From Longimicrobiales bacterium (lineage in GTDB: Bacteria; Gemmatimonadota; Gemmatimonadetes; Longimicrobiales; Gaopeijiaceae): a DNA stretch of 64,000 nucleotides. The stretch lies in assembly GCA_965248195.1 (NCBI GenBank), contig CBDFIQ010000001.1:448001-512000 (forward strand), read 5' to 3'. The notes beneath the pieces are model-generated. The model made no database searches. It was not told the origin of the DNA and worked only from the letters and a program-made list of their open reading frames with translations. This document shows positions 10,519-20,787 of the stretch, piece after piece (position 1 is the stretch's first letter; every line of letters starts with the position of its first letter). Position numbers and translations under genes: made by a program.

Positions 10519-11137
10519 CGTCGGGCCCGCTACCGCCCTGCGGCGGACGCAGCTCGTGGAGAGGATCGATCTCACGCCGCCCCCGTGGTCACGTAGGTGG
10601 ACACTCGAGGGCAAGACGAGTCCCTATGGCGCTGGAAGCGCCTCCGGCCCTCACTCTCCGGCGCCCGACGCGTCCTCGCTTCGCGAGCCCGCTGAATCCG
10701 GTCGGCCCGTCATGGTCAAGCCCTTCCTACCGGTCGGTCGAAAGAAGGAAGGCGATCCCAACGACACCAAGCATGGACGCAACAACGTCTCACACCTGCC
10801 TTCCGACCAGCGCTCGACCCGACGGGTCGACCACGCTAACGTTGGAATACGTTCCGAACGTAAATCCTAGACCCTGTTTCGGTTACGCCAGTAGCGCACT
10901 TGGTGGAGCACTGCCCCAACCAACAGAGCCGACAGCCCCACCCTGGAGTTGACCCCGTTCGGTGGACACCTGACCTCTTTGAGAGAGCGAGTTCCTCGGT
11001 CGACGTCTTCCTCAGCGTCTTAGCTTCTCGCTGGTTCCGCTCTTTTGGTCTTCGGAACCGATTCTTTGAGCGACAGACGAACCGGAGGTGGGTCGACATC
11101 GGGGGGACTCCGTAGTGGCGAGCCGTGACCTAACAAA

Positions 11138-11174
11138 GTTTATCTTGCGTACAATAAGCGTTTATCTTATGTAC
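11138..11174. promoter_or_regulatory. Direct-repeat operator upstream of the NTase gene
   Basis: GTTTATCTTGCGTAC (11138-52) and GTTTATCTTATGTAC (11160-74), 22-bp period, AT-rich. Confidence 0.5.
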
Positions 11175-11178
11175 TGGC

Positions 11179-11772
11179 ATGGATAATCTTACACCTAATT
11201 GGCTTGAAGAGCTGCTGAATGCCGTAGGTTCACACCTTGAGGCACAGGAATCTGAGGCGGCGATTGTCGTGGTTGGAGGGGCCACATTAAGCGTGCTAGG
11301 CATCGTCGATCGGACTACGAAGGACGTGGACGTGATCGCCCAGGCCAGGCGAGACGACGGAGACAACTGGACGCTGACTCCGCCGATGCCTCTTCCGGAG
11401 GCCCTGCAGAAGGCCGTGGCATTGGTAGGTCGGGACTACGGCCTTGGGGCCGATTGGCTCAACACCGAGGTGGGGGCTCAATGGCAGCATGGGCTCCCCG
11501 ATTCAATCCTTCAGGATACGGAGTGGAGGCGATACGCCGCTCTTTGGGTCGGCTTCGCGGGTCGCCAGACCTTGATCACACTCAAGCTCTTCGCGGCGGT
11601 GGATCGAAGTCCCGAAAGCGTTCACTACCAGGACCTCTTGGCGCTCCAACCCACACCGGGCGAGTTGGCCACTGCCGAGGGGTGGGTGATGGGGCAGGAC
11701 ACGAGCGAACACTTCCCGAAGCTGATTCAGGACGTCATAACCCATGTCCGACGAGATCTTCAAAGAGATTAG
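11179..11772 (+). CDS. DUF6036-like nucleotidyltransferase
   Basis: VVGG.....G..DRTTKDVDV NTase motif; WLN; LKLFAA. Confidence 0.75.
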   Translation: MDNLTPNWLEELLNAVGSHLEAQESEAAIVVVGGATLSVLGIVDRTTKDVDVIAQARRDDGDNWTLTPPMPLPEALQKAVALVGRDYGLGADWLNTEVGAQWQHGLPDSILQDTEWRRYAALWVGFAGRQTLITLKLFAAVDRSPESVHYQDLLALQPTPGELATAEGWVMGQDTSEHFPKLIQDVITHVRRDLQRD

Positions 11773-12709
11773 GAGTGCCGTCGTCCAAGCGGGCCTGAAG
11801 GTCTGCTGGGCGCAGTGGTCGGCCCTTGGATCCTACGCGGTGCCGGTGCGAACGAGGCGCCCTATTTCGATCGTGGATCCCGAGGCTCTTATTCTCCTCA
11901 GTCTCGGCCTCGAAAAGCAAGAGCACCGCCTGGGCGACATGCTTTTCTGGTGGTCCTCCATCGGATCCCGGTTCACCAGCGTTCAGCGTATGCGAACCCT
12001 TGCCAAGGACTTCCCCAAGGAGGTGCAACAGTCCGTCGGGCGGTATGCCTCGCTCGCTGTAGCGGCCGGCGATCGTCGTTGGAGGCGGTTGGCCGCCGAA
12101 GAGGTGCCTCGGCCACGCGATCGTGGGCTGAAAGGGCCGGACGTCCTGAATCTCGCAGAAGCTTCCACGCTCATGTTACGGCTACGAGCAGCCTTTGGCG
12201 TCGGCTCAAAGGCCGATGCGCTCGCGTACCTCCTAGGCATTGGCGGATCCTGGGTCTCGGTATCGGTCATCTCCGAGGCCACCAGCTACAGCGGGACCGC
12301 AATTCGAGCGGCGGCTCGTGATATGGCTCTGGGCCGACTCATTCGCGAAACGGAGGACCGTCCCGCTCTGTATTTTGTGCCTGCGAAGCCATGGGCGGAG
12401 CTTCTCGAGATACGACCCTACAGTTCAGGTCATCGAGACGACCTGGCCATGCCTTCCTGGCGGTTCTGGTCCGATACGTTCGGGTTTCTGCTCAGCGTCG
12501 CTGACTGGGCCGAGCGGGCGATTGAGTCCGAAGGGGCGTTGGAGGTCGTTGCCTCCAGAGCTCGCGACATCGTATTGGATTGCGCCCACACCTTTGATTT
12601 GAATGGTATACAGGTGCCCGACCCAAGACGGTATCGTGGGCCGGAATTCTTGTTCGGGCTCCTGGACACCGTCCGGGTGCTGAGTGCTTGGCTTGAGGAA
12701 GAGGTGTAG
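11744..12709 (+). CDS. Hypothetical protein with probable internal winged HTH, partner of the NTase
   Basis: Overlaps the NTase 3' end; LRLRAAFGVGSKAD followed by an HTH-like segment. Confidence 0.65.
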   Translation: MSDEIFKEIRSAVVQAGLKVCWAQWSALGSYAVPVRTRRPISIVDPEALILLSLGLEKQEHRLGDMLFWWSSIGSRFTSVQRMRTLAKDFPKEVQQSVGRYASLAVAAGDRRWRRLAAEEVPRPRDRGLKGPDVLNLAEASTLMLRLRAAFGVGSKADALAYLLGIGGSWVSVSVISEATSYSGTAIRAAARDMALGRLIRETEDRPALYFVPAKPWAELLEIRPYSSGHRDDLAMPSWRFWSDTFGFLLSVADWAERAIESEGALEVVASRARDIVLDCAHTFDLNGIQVPDPRRYRGPEFLFGLLDTVRVLSAWLEEEV

Positions 12710-12784
12710 GCCGGGCCTAGCTTAGTTGCCCTTCTTGGAGCGTCGACAGAACGGAGTAGGCTCGAGTGCGAGGGTGATGCGCCG

Positions 12785-13360
12785 CTACGCTTGGTCAGTA
12801 AGCTGCCGCGCATCCAGAAAGGCCTTGTAGATGCCGAAGTGTGTCAAATCAGCGGGGACCCCCAAGGCAGCGTGCGTGAGGCGGATCGCCCCTTTCCACT
12901 CCTCCTCAGTAGACGGGCCGTCCATGTCTACGGCGTTCGTGAAGTAGAAAAAAACCAGCCTGCTCTCGATGTCATTCAGCTTTCGGAGGAAGAACTGGAA
13001 CGCCAGCCGATTGGCGTACTGGTAGAATATGCCGTTCCACTGTGCCCGGCTTCGCGGGGCGAGGTATTTCCGCGTCCGCTTGAGCGATCGCTCGATCAAC
13101 TTGAGCGACGCTTCAGAGGCACCAGAGCCGCCGGAAACCGTCTCGGGGATGTGGGCCTTGGCCTCGACCAGGATAGGGCGGTCCTCCCCGGCAACTGCGA
13201 GCCCGTCCCAGACCTGACCGCGACGGGGCCAGAAGTCCCGGAGGGGGACGGTGAGGGACGAAGCGATCCCGAGACGTTTGAGCGCTGACGTGTCTCGGTA
13301 TTCCTTGAACCCGTCCTGGGCGAGCGGTGACGTCCACCGGAGTTTCTCTCGACGACCCAC
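12785..13360 (-). CDS. PD-(D/E)XK nuclease-like protein (possibly 5'-truncated)
   Basis: WDGL...LVEAKAH and YQYANRL motifs; start uncertain. Confidence 0.55.
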   Translation of the reverse strand: MGRREKLRWTSPLAQDGFKEYRDTSALKRLGIASSLTVPLRDFWPRRGQVWDGLAVAGEDRPILVEAKAHIPETVSGGSGASEASLKLIERSLKRTRKYLAPRSRAQWNGIFYQYANRLAFQFFLRKLNDIESRLVFFYFTNAVDMDGPSTEEEWKGAIRLTHAALGVPADLTHFGIYKAFLDARQLTDQA

Positions 13361-13399
13361 CGCGCCACTTCGGCGAAGCGCGCGTAGCAGCTGCCTCAC

Positions 13400-13639
13400 C
13401 GATTCCACGCGAGCATTCAGCTTGATCCCGTGAAGGCCTCGCTGCAATTCCGGGACGTGATGAACGAAGTTGTGCAGAGCTTCTCGGATGATGTCCACAC
13501 GAAGGTACGAATTACGATTGACCTCAGCGCCGAGAAGTCGGACGGTTTCGACGTGACGATTCAGCGAACGGTCAGTGAAAACTGCCAAACGCTGAAGGTC
13601 AAGGACTGGGGGTTCGAGGGGGAGCGAATGGATGCCTAA
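13400..13639 (+). pseudogene. C-terminal fragment resembling a DUF499 ATPase-associated protein
   Basis: RFHASIQLDPVK...ITIDLSAEKSDGFDVTIQRTVSENCQTLK..GFE matches the recalled DUF499 C-terminus. Confidence 0.55.
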
Positions 13640-13833
13640 GGGACGGGCGTAGCGACCGTGCGGGATCTCGTCCGCATGCCCAGTCGAGCATCGAAGAGCT
13701 GGAGGGGCTCGTTGCGGACGGACTGGAGGCGCTGGAGCAGATCCGCGCGAAGCTTCGGCGTCGGAGAGGCCGGAGAGCGCGGCGGCTCCTACGGGAGCTA
13801 GAGCTTGCCCTTGTCGAAGACCACTCCGTCTAT

Positions 13834-14136
13834 GTGATCGAACTCAGCCCCGCCGTCTGGAAGGAGTCCGAGTTCGCGGAGAGGAACAAGGGGCATCTGG
13901 TGCACCCGGATTACCCATGTCTCTATGTAGAGAAGACAAGCTGCCTGCCGGAGGAAAGGTTTGAGCAGCATATGAGCGGAGTTCATGCTTCGCGAAAGGT
14001 GACCAAATGCGGGGTGCGGCTCCGGCCGGAGTTTTGCGAGTGTCTAAATCCGATGACCAGTGAGGATACGGAGGACGAAGAGCGGGAGCTTGCGGAGGTG
14101 CTCATGCGAGCCGGATATGCAGTCTGGTGGAACTAA
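13834..14136 (+). CDS. GIY-YIG-like small protein
   Basis: VYVIEL...CLYV.KT...PEERFEQH pattern; start uncertain. Confidence 0.5.
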   Translation: MIELSPAVWKESEFAERNKGHLVHPDYPCLYVEKTSCLPEERFEQHMSGVHASRKVTKCGVRLRPEFCECLNPMTSEDTEDEERELAEVLMRAGYAVWWN

Positions 14137-14200
14137 GTAGCGAGAGGGCAAGCCGCTCCGAGCGCCTCAAGAATCAGTGCAAATGGAGTTTCCGCGGCCA

Positions 14201-14578
14201 ACGTCGTGAAGCTAGGTCGTGGACCCCCCTAGACAAGAAAAACTCCCACAGGGCGAAAAGCCTTGTGGGAGTTGATCCTTCTCACAGTCGGCACGCCCGG
14301 ATTGAGCTCCGGGCGCCTTCGGCGCCCTCCGCTCGTCTCGCGGAGGACGGGTGGATCTATCGAAGGCTTTGCCGACGCTCGGCTCGAACCTACGGTTCTG
14401 TCGTGCGCCTACGACGGCCGGATTCGAACCGGCGACCCCCTGAACCCCATTACTAACAGCTTATACGCCATATCACGGGGGATCCCTGGTTTTTTGCGGG
14501 TTTCGGAGAAAATTTCCTGGAATCGGAAGCCTGGATTCCAGGGATCCAGGGGGGTTACGTATTGGAGAAGGTATTGGA
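14201..14578 (-). other. Integrative-element att junction 1: tRNA-Pro(GGG) 3'-half core with arm repeats
   Basis: 14413-14450 is the reverse complement of a tRNA anticodon loop plus T arm; 10-bp direct repeats at 14201, 14214, 14557, 14569; homologous to 29718-29975. Confidence 0.7.
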
Positions 14579-14657
14579 GGGAGCCGCTTTTTCAGCAGAC
14601 TCGATCAGCTAGTCCATGTTGCACTTCAAAGTTGATATCGGGTAGTGCACCGCGCGG

Positions 14658-15377
14658 TTATCCGGCCCCTGGAAGATGAAAGCCTCGATGGAAGCGGCGC
14701 ACATTTGAGGGGATCGTGAGTCGGTAGACCCAACGGAGCATCCATCCGGGGACACCTCGAGCCCTCTCCTCTCGAGCCACCCGGGCTCTCGGATGATCCA
14801 TGAAGTGGCCGAGTCCGGCCTTTCGATACTTTTGGGGGTCGCTCCAGAATTCGATCGCCTTCAGGTGCTTAGCGTTCTTGTACCCGTAGTGGGCGGGGGC
14901 CACCAAACGCAGAGGGGCTCCATGCGTCACACACAATGGCGATTCAGCGAGGCGACCCGCTAGCAGAACATCCTGGGCTAGCAGGTCGTCCAGAGGCAGC
15001 GCAGTCCGGTACCCGTCGAGACAACGGAAGACAACCGTCCCGATCACAGCACCAGGGCGCAATCGCAATGCGACGAGTTGTTCATAAACATCGGAGAACC
15101 GGAACCCGCTCCACCGGGCGCCAGAGAACGTCCAGGTGGTGACGCAATGGAAGTCGCTCACCTGGTCAGTCCTCGGGAGTGATTGAAGGGCCACGTGATC
15201 CAGCGGCACGGGGACGACCGCATCTCCACCAAGATCCAGAGTCCAAGCCCCCACCACATTTGGCACTCGATTGGCGTACCTTGGGAGCCCAAAGCGAGGG
15301 AAATCCGACCGATGGTGTTGACCCGGAGGAAGCGACGCACCCCCTCCCTTCCGTGCTAGAAGCGTTCCTTCACCCAC
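14658..15377 (-). CDS. Molybdopterin-dependent oxidoreductase (sulfite oxidase/MsrP-like)
   Basis: DFHCVTTW, HGAPLRLVAPAHYGYKNAKHL motifs. Confidence 0.85.
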   Translation of the reverse strand: MGEGTLLARKGGGASLPPGQHHRSDFPRFGLPRYANRVPNVVGAWTLDLGGDAVVPVPLDHVALQSLPRTDQVSDFHCVTTWTFSGARWSGFRFSDVYEQLVALRLRPGAVIGTVVFRCLDGYRTALPLDDLLAQDVLLAGRLAESPLCVTHGAPLRLVAPAHYGYKNAKHLKAIEFWSDPQKYRKAGLGHFMDHPRARVAREERARGVPGWMLRWVYRLTIPSNVRRFHRGFHLPGAG

Positions 15378-15424
15378 CTCGGTCTCCTCACTATCTAACT
15401 TAGTCTACTGCAAAAACTCATGTC

Positions 15425-15514
15425 TGATAAAATTTCACCATTTACGACCCTGCGTATGCGGGGTGCCGAAGGCCAAGGCCCGAATGGGCCTCAGCGTAAA
15501 TGGATGTGTTATGA
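15425..15514 (-). repeat. Degenerate attC-like site of a divergent family
   Basis: Minus strand: TCATAAC, then CCATTTACG...CGTAAATGG inverted repeat; R' degenerate (TTTATCA); lies just 3' of a minus-strand gene. Confidence 0.45.
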
Positions 15515-15552
15515 GCAGTAGCGGACTGACGCCTGCGCAGTAATACCTAGTC

Positions 15553-16020
15553 CTAGGCTGCAACCGGAAGGGCAATTCGAGCCTCCAAGTAAGCCAAGCC
15601 ACCAACCCACAATCCTTCGAGGAGGAGATGAGAGAGCCCGAAAAAGGAGGCACTTCCGCTCAGCAACCCAACTTGAGTGAAACACTGAACGGCCCAAATG
15701 CTGTTTGCTGCAATCAAGACAATGATGGTCCATCGCGATAACCGAGTCTTCCAGCGGAGGTGCAAAGCTAAGACGCCTGAATAGCAGCCGTAACCGATAT
15801 TGACCAATCCTACAAATAGAGTAAAGCCTCCGGACCAACCATACCAAGCACTGAGAATAGGTGCCGCCAAGATGGTAGTACATCCAGCCACCAAGGCGCC
15901 GAGAGAGTCAACGGAGAGTACTATTTGTGCACGTTTCAAACTGCGAGTCACCTTCTGTAGAGAAGTCGTGGTGCCGCGCAGGGCTCTGCGTCGGGCCTTC
16001 TCGCTATCGGTGATGGGCAT
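15553..16020 (-). CDS. Hypothetical membrane protein
   Basis: About 4 hydrophobic helices; RBS GGAGG. Confidence 0.65.
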   Translation of the reverse strand: MPITDSEKARRRALRGTTTSLQKVTRSLKRAQIVLSVDSLGALVAGCTTILAAPILSAWYGWSGGFTLFVGLVNIGYGCYSGVLALHLRWKTRLSRWTIIVLIAANSIWAVQCFTQVGLLSGSASFFGLSHLLLEGLWVGGLAYLEARIALPVAA

Positions 16021-16145
16021 GGTTCATCCTCCTGGTTGTCGATCTCAGCCGTTCTACGGGCCGGACTCTGTTGAAATTATGGGTTGAACAGCCAGCTGGA
16101 CGGCGGCGACCGCGCCGTCCGCTTCTGTGTTCGCGGTCCACAGCC

Positions 16146-17219
16146 TCATTGAGACGAGTGGCTGTGCCGTTTCGCAAGCCGGGTTCCGAAGGTGCCGATG
16201 CCTAGAAAGATCGCGCCGAGATACGTGACGACCATCAAAGCGTCGGTCGTCCAGAGCGCTTCCGTTTCGAATCCGATCCACCAGAGAATACCACCCACGA
16301 CGGCCCCACCGGCCATGAGCCAATGGAGATGGCGAGAAAGCGCCGACTTTGTGGGTGCGGCGGACGGCATCGCGACGGGCTCGCGCACACGCGTGGCCAG
16401 GATCCAGGCCAGGCCGCGCTTCGTCCCCTCATCGTCGATCGTGAAGCCCGCTTCATCGAGCATCCCGCGCCAGTCGGCCACATCGGCGTTTGTGCCGTGT
16501 AGCGCGAAGAGGGGTCCGAAGGCAATGAAGGTCCAGAGATTTGGAACGGCCAGCCACAAGAGGATTTGCCCATGCTCTTTGAGCACCCGGTTTGCTTCGG
16601 CCAGGGCGACCGGGATATCGGCACGGTCGAGGTGGTCGATCGCCGTGCTGCTGACGACGCCATCGAAGTCGGCGTCCGCACACGGGAGCTGCCGCATATC
16701 GCCCGACTTGATTTCGATGCGGTCGCTCACCCCCGCGGCGATGAAGTTGGCGCGGGTATTCGCCTCACCGTGGGTGGAGGGCGTTTCTGGGTCGTCGGCG
16801 TCCCGACTGCCAGCGATGTAGCCGGCGCTGAAATTGTCCAGGGCGACGACGTTTGAGCGAGGGCATTCTCGCGCGACGATGATCGAGGTGCGCCCGGCGC
16901 CGCAGCCGAGATCGAGGACGCGGGTTTCGCCCTGTGCAAAGAGTTGGGTCGGAAGACTCCCGAGCTGATTCATGTTGACGACGAAGCGCATCACCCAGAA
17001 GCCGGCGGCCGACCACAGCGCGATCCCCACGGCGCTGGCCGTCAGCCAGAGCGGCCCATTCAAAAGTACGGATGCGATTGTGGCGAGGGAGAACGTCGCA
17101 AGCGGGATCAGATGGCCATAGGTCCAGATCCAGTGATAGCCAAAGTCCATTTGTCCGATTGCTGAATCACTCGCTGGAACCGGTGAAGGTCGAAGAGATG
17201 CCTGTTGCATCATCATCAT
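16146..17219 (-). CDS. Class I SAM-dependent methyltransferase, membrane-anchored
   Basis: VLDLGCGAG, GDMRQLP, RVLK motifs. Confidence 0.85.
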   Translation of the reverse strand: MMMMQQASLRPSPVPASDSAIGQMDFGYHWIWTYGHLIPLATFSLATIASVLLNGPLWLTASAVGIALWSAAGFWVMRFVVNMNQLGSLPTQLFAQGETRVLDLGCGAGRTSIIVARECPRSNVVALDNFSAGYIAGSRDADDPETPSTHGEANTRANFIAAGVSDRIEIKSGDMRQLPCADADFDGVVSSTAIDHLDRADIPVALAEANRVLKEHGQILLWLAVPNLWTFIAFGPLFALHGTNADVADWRGMLDEAGFTIDDEGTKRGLAWILATRVREPVAMPSAAPTKSALSRHLHWLMAGGAVVGGILWWIGFETEALWTTDALMVVTYLGAIFLGIGTFGTRLAKRHSHSSQ

Positions 17220-17314
17220 GATGTCCTCATTTAATTGGTGAGTGGGCGCTTATAAACAAAGTATGGTTGCAACTCCCTTATCAGAATGACTGTTCTGTTC
17301 ATGTCAAAAAAAAA

Positions 17315-17899
17315 TTAGTCGGTCAGTGATGCCATCGTGTTATTGACAAAATTGTCGAGCGTCGTCCGCGGGAACCCTGCCCGTGCCAGGACTGCGAGGC
17401 CGAATAGGGCCCCGGTCAGAAATTCGCCGGCTGACCGGAGGTCGAGATCTTCTTTGACCTCGCCTTTTTCTTTCGCTGACTCGAGCCCAACCGCGAAGGC
17501 TTTGGACATGCGTTTCATAAACCTTTGCAGAACACCCTCGATTTCATGGTCATGAGGGGCCAGCTCCATTGCCGTGTGGCATAGCATACAGCCGCGATTC
17601 TCGCCGGCACTGCACATTGCATCGCTGCGTTCATCGAAAATTGCCCGGATCTGGGCTAGCGAAGCGTCCGGCTCCAGAAGACGCAGGAACGATTGCCTGC
17701 CCATACCGTCGGCATATCGTTCAAGGGCTTGTTCGAAAAGCTCCCGTTTATTACCGAATGTTCCATAGATCCCGTAGCGGCTGACCCCCGTCGCGCGCAC
17801 GATGTCATCCATCGAGGTTTCCGAATACCCTTTGGACGAAAACAAATCAACGGCCCTCGACAGGGCGATTGATGGATCGAATGCTCGGGTCTTAACCAT
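17315..17899 (-). CDS. TetR/AcrR family regulator
   Basis: KGYSETSMDDIVRATGVSRYGIYGTFGNKRELF HTH. Confidence 0.9.
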   Translation of the reverse strand: MVKTRAFDPSIALSRAVDLFSSKGYSETSMDDIVRATGVSRYGIYGTFGNKRELFEQALERYADGMGRQSFLRLLEPDASLAQIRAIFDERSDAMCSAGENRGCMLCHTAMELAPHDHEIEGVLQRFMKRMSKAFAVGLESAKEKGEVKEDLDLRSAGEFLTGALFGLAVLARAGFPRTTLDNFVNNTMASLTD

Positions 17900-18116
17900 G
17901 CGGAACAGAATAGTCGTTCTGTTATGATTGTCAAGTAGAGGGCATTTCGAGCACCCGAAATATGTTCGGCTCGTGCGTAGCGTCTACATCGTCCTCAAGG
18001 AGCAGGTCGACTTCGATCACACATGCAAGGGCCAACCGCTCTCGAAGCGCAAAGCCTCGAAGTGGCCACGTCAGGCAAGCCCGGACGCCTAACTGACCCG
18101 GACTGTAGCCCGGATC

Positions 18117-19492
18117 GGTCAAGTCCCGATTTGTGTGTAAAAGCGGAGGAAGCTCCTCGCCTTCGGCTAGGCTGCTTGGGCGACCTCCTGTTTCTGGAGG
18201 AGTGAGAGGTCGAGGTAACGCCGGTCGCCCCAGACGTGTGTGGTCCTGAGTGCGACGGCCGTGATGAGCCTGAGGGCGCTGGCCCGGTCCGGGAAGGCGC
18301 CGGCGGCCTTGATCCTGCGTTTGATCTCGCCGTGCAGCCGCTCGAGGCTGTTGGTGGTACGCAGCCGGGGCCAGTGCGCCTCGGGGAACGCGTAGAACTG
18401 CGTCGCTGCCCCGAAGCCCCGCTCCAGGACCTCCACGGCCTCGGGCAGCTCCTTCTTCCAGCGTGCGCCGAACTCGCCCAGGAGCTTCTTCGCCTCGGCG
18501 AGTCCGGATGTCTGGAAGATCACCGAGACCTCACGCGCCACGCGCTTGCGTAAGCGGTGGGGGACCCTCGCCCCCACATTACGCTGCAGATGGACCGTAC
18601 ACCTCTGACGGCGTGCCTCGGGCAGGAAGCGGCGGACCGCAGCTGCCAGGCCTGCGTGCTCATCGGCGATCACGAGCTCGACACCGCCGAGGCCGCGGTC
18701 CTGGAGTTGCTCGAGGAGCTCCGACCAGCTCTGCTGCGACTCCTCAGCGCCCAGCGTGACGGCCAGGAGCCGTCGGTGACCCTCAGGGCCCACTGCATAC
18801 GCCACGAGCGCACTCACGTTCTCGACTTTGCGGGCCCAGCGGGCGTCCAAGAACGTGGCGTCCAGGTACAGATAGGGGTGAGGCCCCTCGATCGGCGCAC
18901 GGCGCAGCCCTTCCACGGCCTCGTCGAGCCGTTTTGCCACACGACTCACCGTCGAGCGCCCAACACGCTCGCCCATCAGCGCCTCGGTGACGTCGCCCAT
19001 CTTGCGCTGTGACACGCCGCTCACATACGCCTCGACCATCATCTCGTCGAGCTCGGGGCTCCTGCGCTGGTAGCGGCCGATCACGTCGGCCGGCGAACCG
19101 TTGTCCCGGCTCCGGGGCATGGCGACCTCGATCTGCCCCAGGCTCGTCAGCAGCCGCCTCAGGTATGTGCCGTTCCTATGGTCCTTCCGGCTTCCCACCC
19201 GCTCGAAGCGGCGTGCACCTACCATGGCCTTCAGCTCCTCTTCCAGCACCATCTCGAGCGTCAGCCGGATCGCGCCTTGAAACAGCTCGCGCAAATCATC
19301 GCGTAGCTCGTCTTGCGTGGCCCGACCGATCTCCACAATCTCTTGCATCGGAAGCTCCTCTCCGGTTCCGAGCCTGCTCTGCAGACCCGGACTCCCGGGT
19401 TCATGTGACAGTGAACAACAACAGAGGAGCTTCCGTTTTTCTTTCCCTCCTGTCCAGCTTATCCGCTTTTACACAAATCTAGGGACACTACC
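18117..19492 (-). mobile_element. IS256-family IS, copy 3
   Basis: 1376 bp; TSD CCCGGATC. Confidence 0.95.
18167..19348 (-). CDS. IS256-family transposase
   Basis: Identical protein. Confidence 0.95.
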   Translation of the reverse strand: MQEIVEIGRATQDELRDDLRELFQGAIRLTLEMVLEEELKAMVGARRFERVGSRKDHRNGTYLRRLLTSLGQIEVAMPRSRDNGSPADVIGRYQRRSPELDEMMVEAYVSGVSQRKMGDVTEALMGERVGRSTVSRVAKRLDEAVEGLRRAPIEGPHPYLYLDATFLDARWARKVENVSALVAYAVGPEGHRRLLAVTLGAEESQQSWSELLEQLQDRGLGGVELVIADEHAGLAAAVRRFLPEARRQRCTVHLQRNVGARVPHRLRKRVAREVSVIFQTSGLAEAKKLLGEFGARWKKELPEAVEVLERGFGAATQFYAFPEAHWPRLRTTNSLERLHGEIKRRIKAAGAFPDRASALRLITAVALRTTHVWGDRRYLDLSLLQKQEVAQAA

Positions 19493-19746
19493 CCCGGATC
19501 CTTCGCTTGATTGGGATGCCTGACGTCGGATCTATCTCGTATCTGGGACGGCCCTGAGCCTACTCCTTCCCAGGAGTCAACCCGAAATGGTGTTTGATCG
19601 CCGCTTCAATCGCGGAATCACCTTGATACCTCGGATCCGCCTCGAACGCTCAACAACAAAAGCGACGGGCTCCGCCCGCCGCTCCAGGATTTCTGCGTCC
19701 TCTTGACCCGGTCCTTCTTAATGGTGTTAGACGTCGGACCACCGTG

Positions 19747-20143
19747 TCACTCATCGTCCCCGAGAGCATACGTCGTGATCTCGATCTCGTGGCCGTCGGG
19801 ATCGTAGAAGTAGATGGAGTGCGCAATCCCATGGTCCTGGAACTCGAGCTCCAAGCCTCTCGTGGTCAGCTCACGTTGCACCGGCGCGAAAGTTCTCAGC
19901 GTCCGCGCGGAACGCCAGATGACGCATCGCAAGAACGTCCCCGGCCGGTCGCGGCTTCGGAGCGGAGCCTTGGACTGGGAATAGAGCGATCGCCGTACCA
20001 CCGACCCCGACTATCGCCGGGTAGTCGCCCCATGCCCCCTCATAGAGCCGCTCTAGGCCCAGGACCTCCTGGTACCATTGTGCAGAACTTCGCACGTTCC
20101 GCACGGCCAGCGCGACATGGTCAATTCCTTCCAGCGCTGGCAT
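19747..20143 (-). pseudogene. VOC/glyoxalase family protein, frameshifted
   Basis: IDHVALAV..HLAFR in one frame; SIYFYDPDGHEIE in another after ~19885. Confidence 0.75.
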
Positions 20144-20162
20144 ACGTCAGCTTTCTCCAAGT

Positions 20163-20537
20163 TCAGTCGAGGCGCCACGGGGGATTGAGTCGATTCTCGC
20201 CGGCCCGGTAGATGCAGATCCGATACCCGTCGGGGTCCCTGAGGTACGCCTCTCGCCACAGCCAAGATTGGTCAACGGGCTCGACCTCCAGCTTGATTCC
20301 CGCGGAACGCAACCGCTCTACCTCTTCGTCAACGTCTTCACACTCGAAGTAGATCACCACTCCGTCATTCGATGCCGGAGCACTAACGAGGTGAACGGAG
20401 AAGCTCGGCCCGTCCGGGCGGCACTCGAACCGTGCGTAGTGCGGGGCGTCTACAATCTGCTTGAAACCGAGAAGCTTGTAGAAGGCGACAGCTCTCGGAA
20501 TGTCGGTTACCGAGAGAGTGACCTGGTTGAGCTCCAT
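20163..20537 (-). CDS. VOC/glyoxalase family protein (cassette gene)
   Basis: MELNQVTL...AYLRDPDGYRI; ATG follows GTTAGAC and an RBS. Confidence 0.85.
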   Translation of the reverse strand: MELNQVTLSVTDIPRAVAFYKLLGFKQIVDAPHYARFECRPDGPSFSVHLVSAPASNDGVVIYFECEDVDEEVERLRSAGIKLEVEPVDQSWLWREAYLRDPDGYRICIYRAGENRLNPPWRLD

Positions 20538-20555
20538 CCCTCTCCTCACTCCGCC

Positions 20556-20617
20556 GTCTAACGTCTCGTGTTTCTGCTGCGCGCCAAAGATGTGGACCGC
20601 AAGCGAAGCACGCGACC
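20556..20617 (-). repeat. attC, R' half only, fused by deletion to an IS481 right end
   Basis: GTCTAACGTCTCGTGTTTCTGCTGCGCG.. matches the other attCs; junction at CGACC microhomology. Confidence 0.75.
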
Positions 20618-20696
20618 ACGACGACTCCGCTTCTCGTAACCCAAAACTGGAACCCATCAAGGTTCAGTTTTTGTTACCCATCAGGGTTCGGGCTCA
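20613..20696 (+). mobile_element. IS481-family right-end remnant
   Basis: Near-identical to 38450-38533. Confidence 0.8.
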
Positions 20697-20787
20697 CACA
20701 CCGCACTGCTGGCGCCCTCACTCGCCGTTGCCCCAAACCATGACCGGAATCCCTTGGAAGTAGATTCTGCCTCACTCCACGTGCTTT

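Noticed and set aside
10944..10970. Possible IS3-like terminal repeat TGGAGTTGACCCCGTTCGGTGGACAC
   Set aside because: No partner end or transposase remnant could be seen.
12785..13588. 267-aa ORF as given in the ORF track
   Set aside because: The first ~75 codons are largely the antisense of the DUF499-like fragment.
16083..16135. Short attC-like hairpin downstream of the methyltransferase gene
   Set aside because: It has AAC/GTT ends with 5-nt spacers, but the R boxes are poor and it is only 53 bp; it could equally be a terminator-like hairpin.
19747..20143. Programmed frameshift in the VOC gene
   Set aside because: No slippery sequence is evident; a simple indel or sequencing error is more likely.
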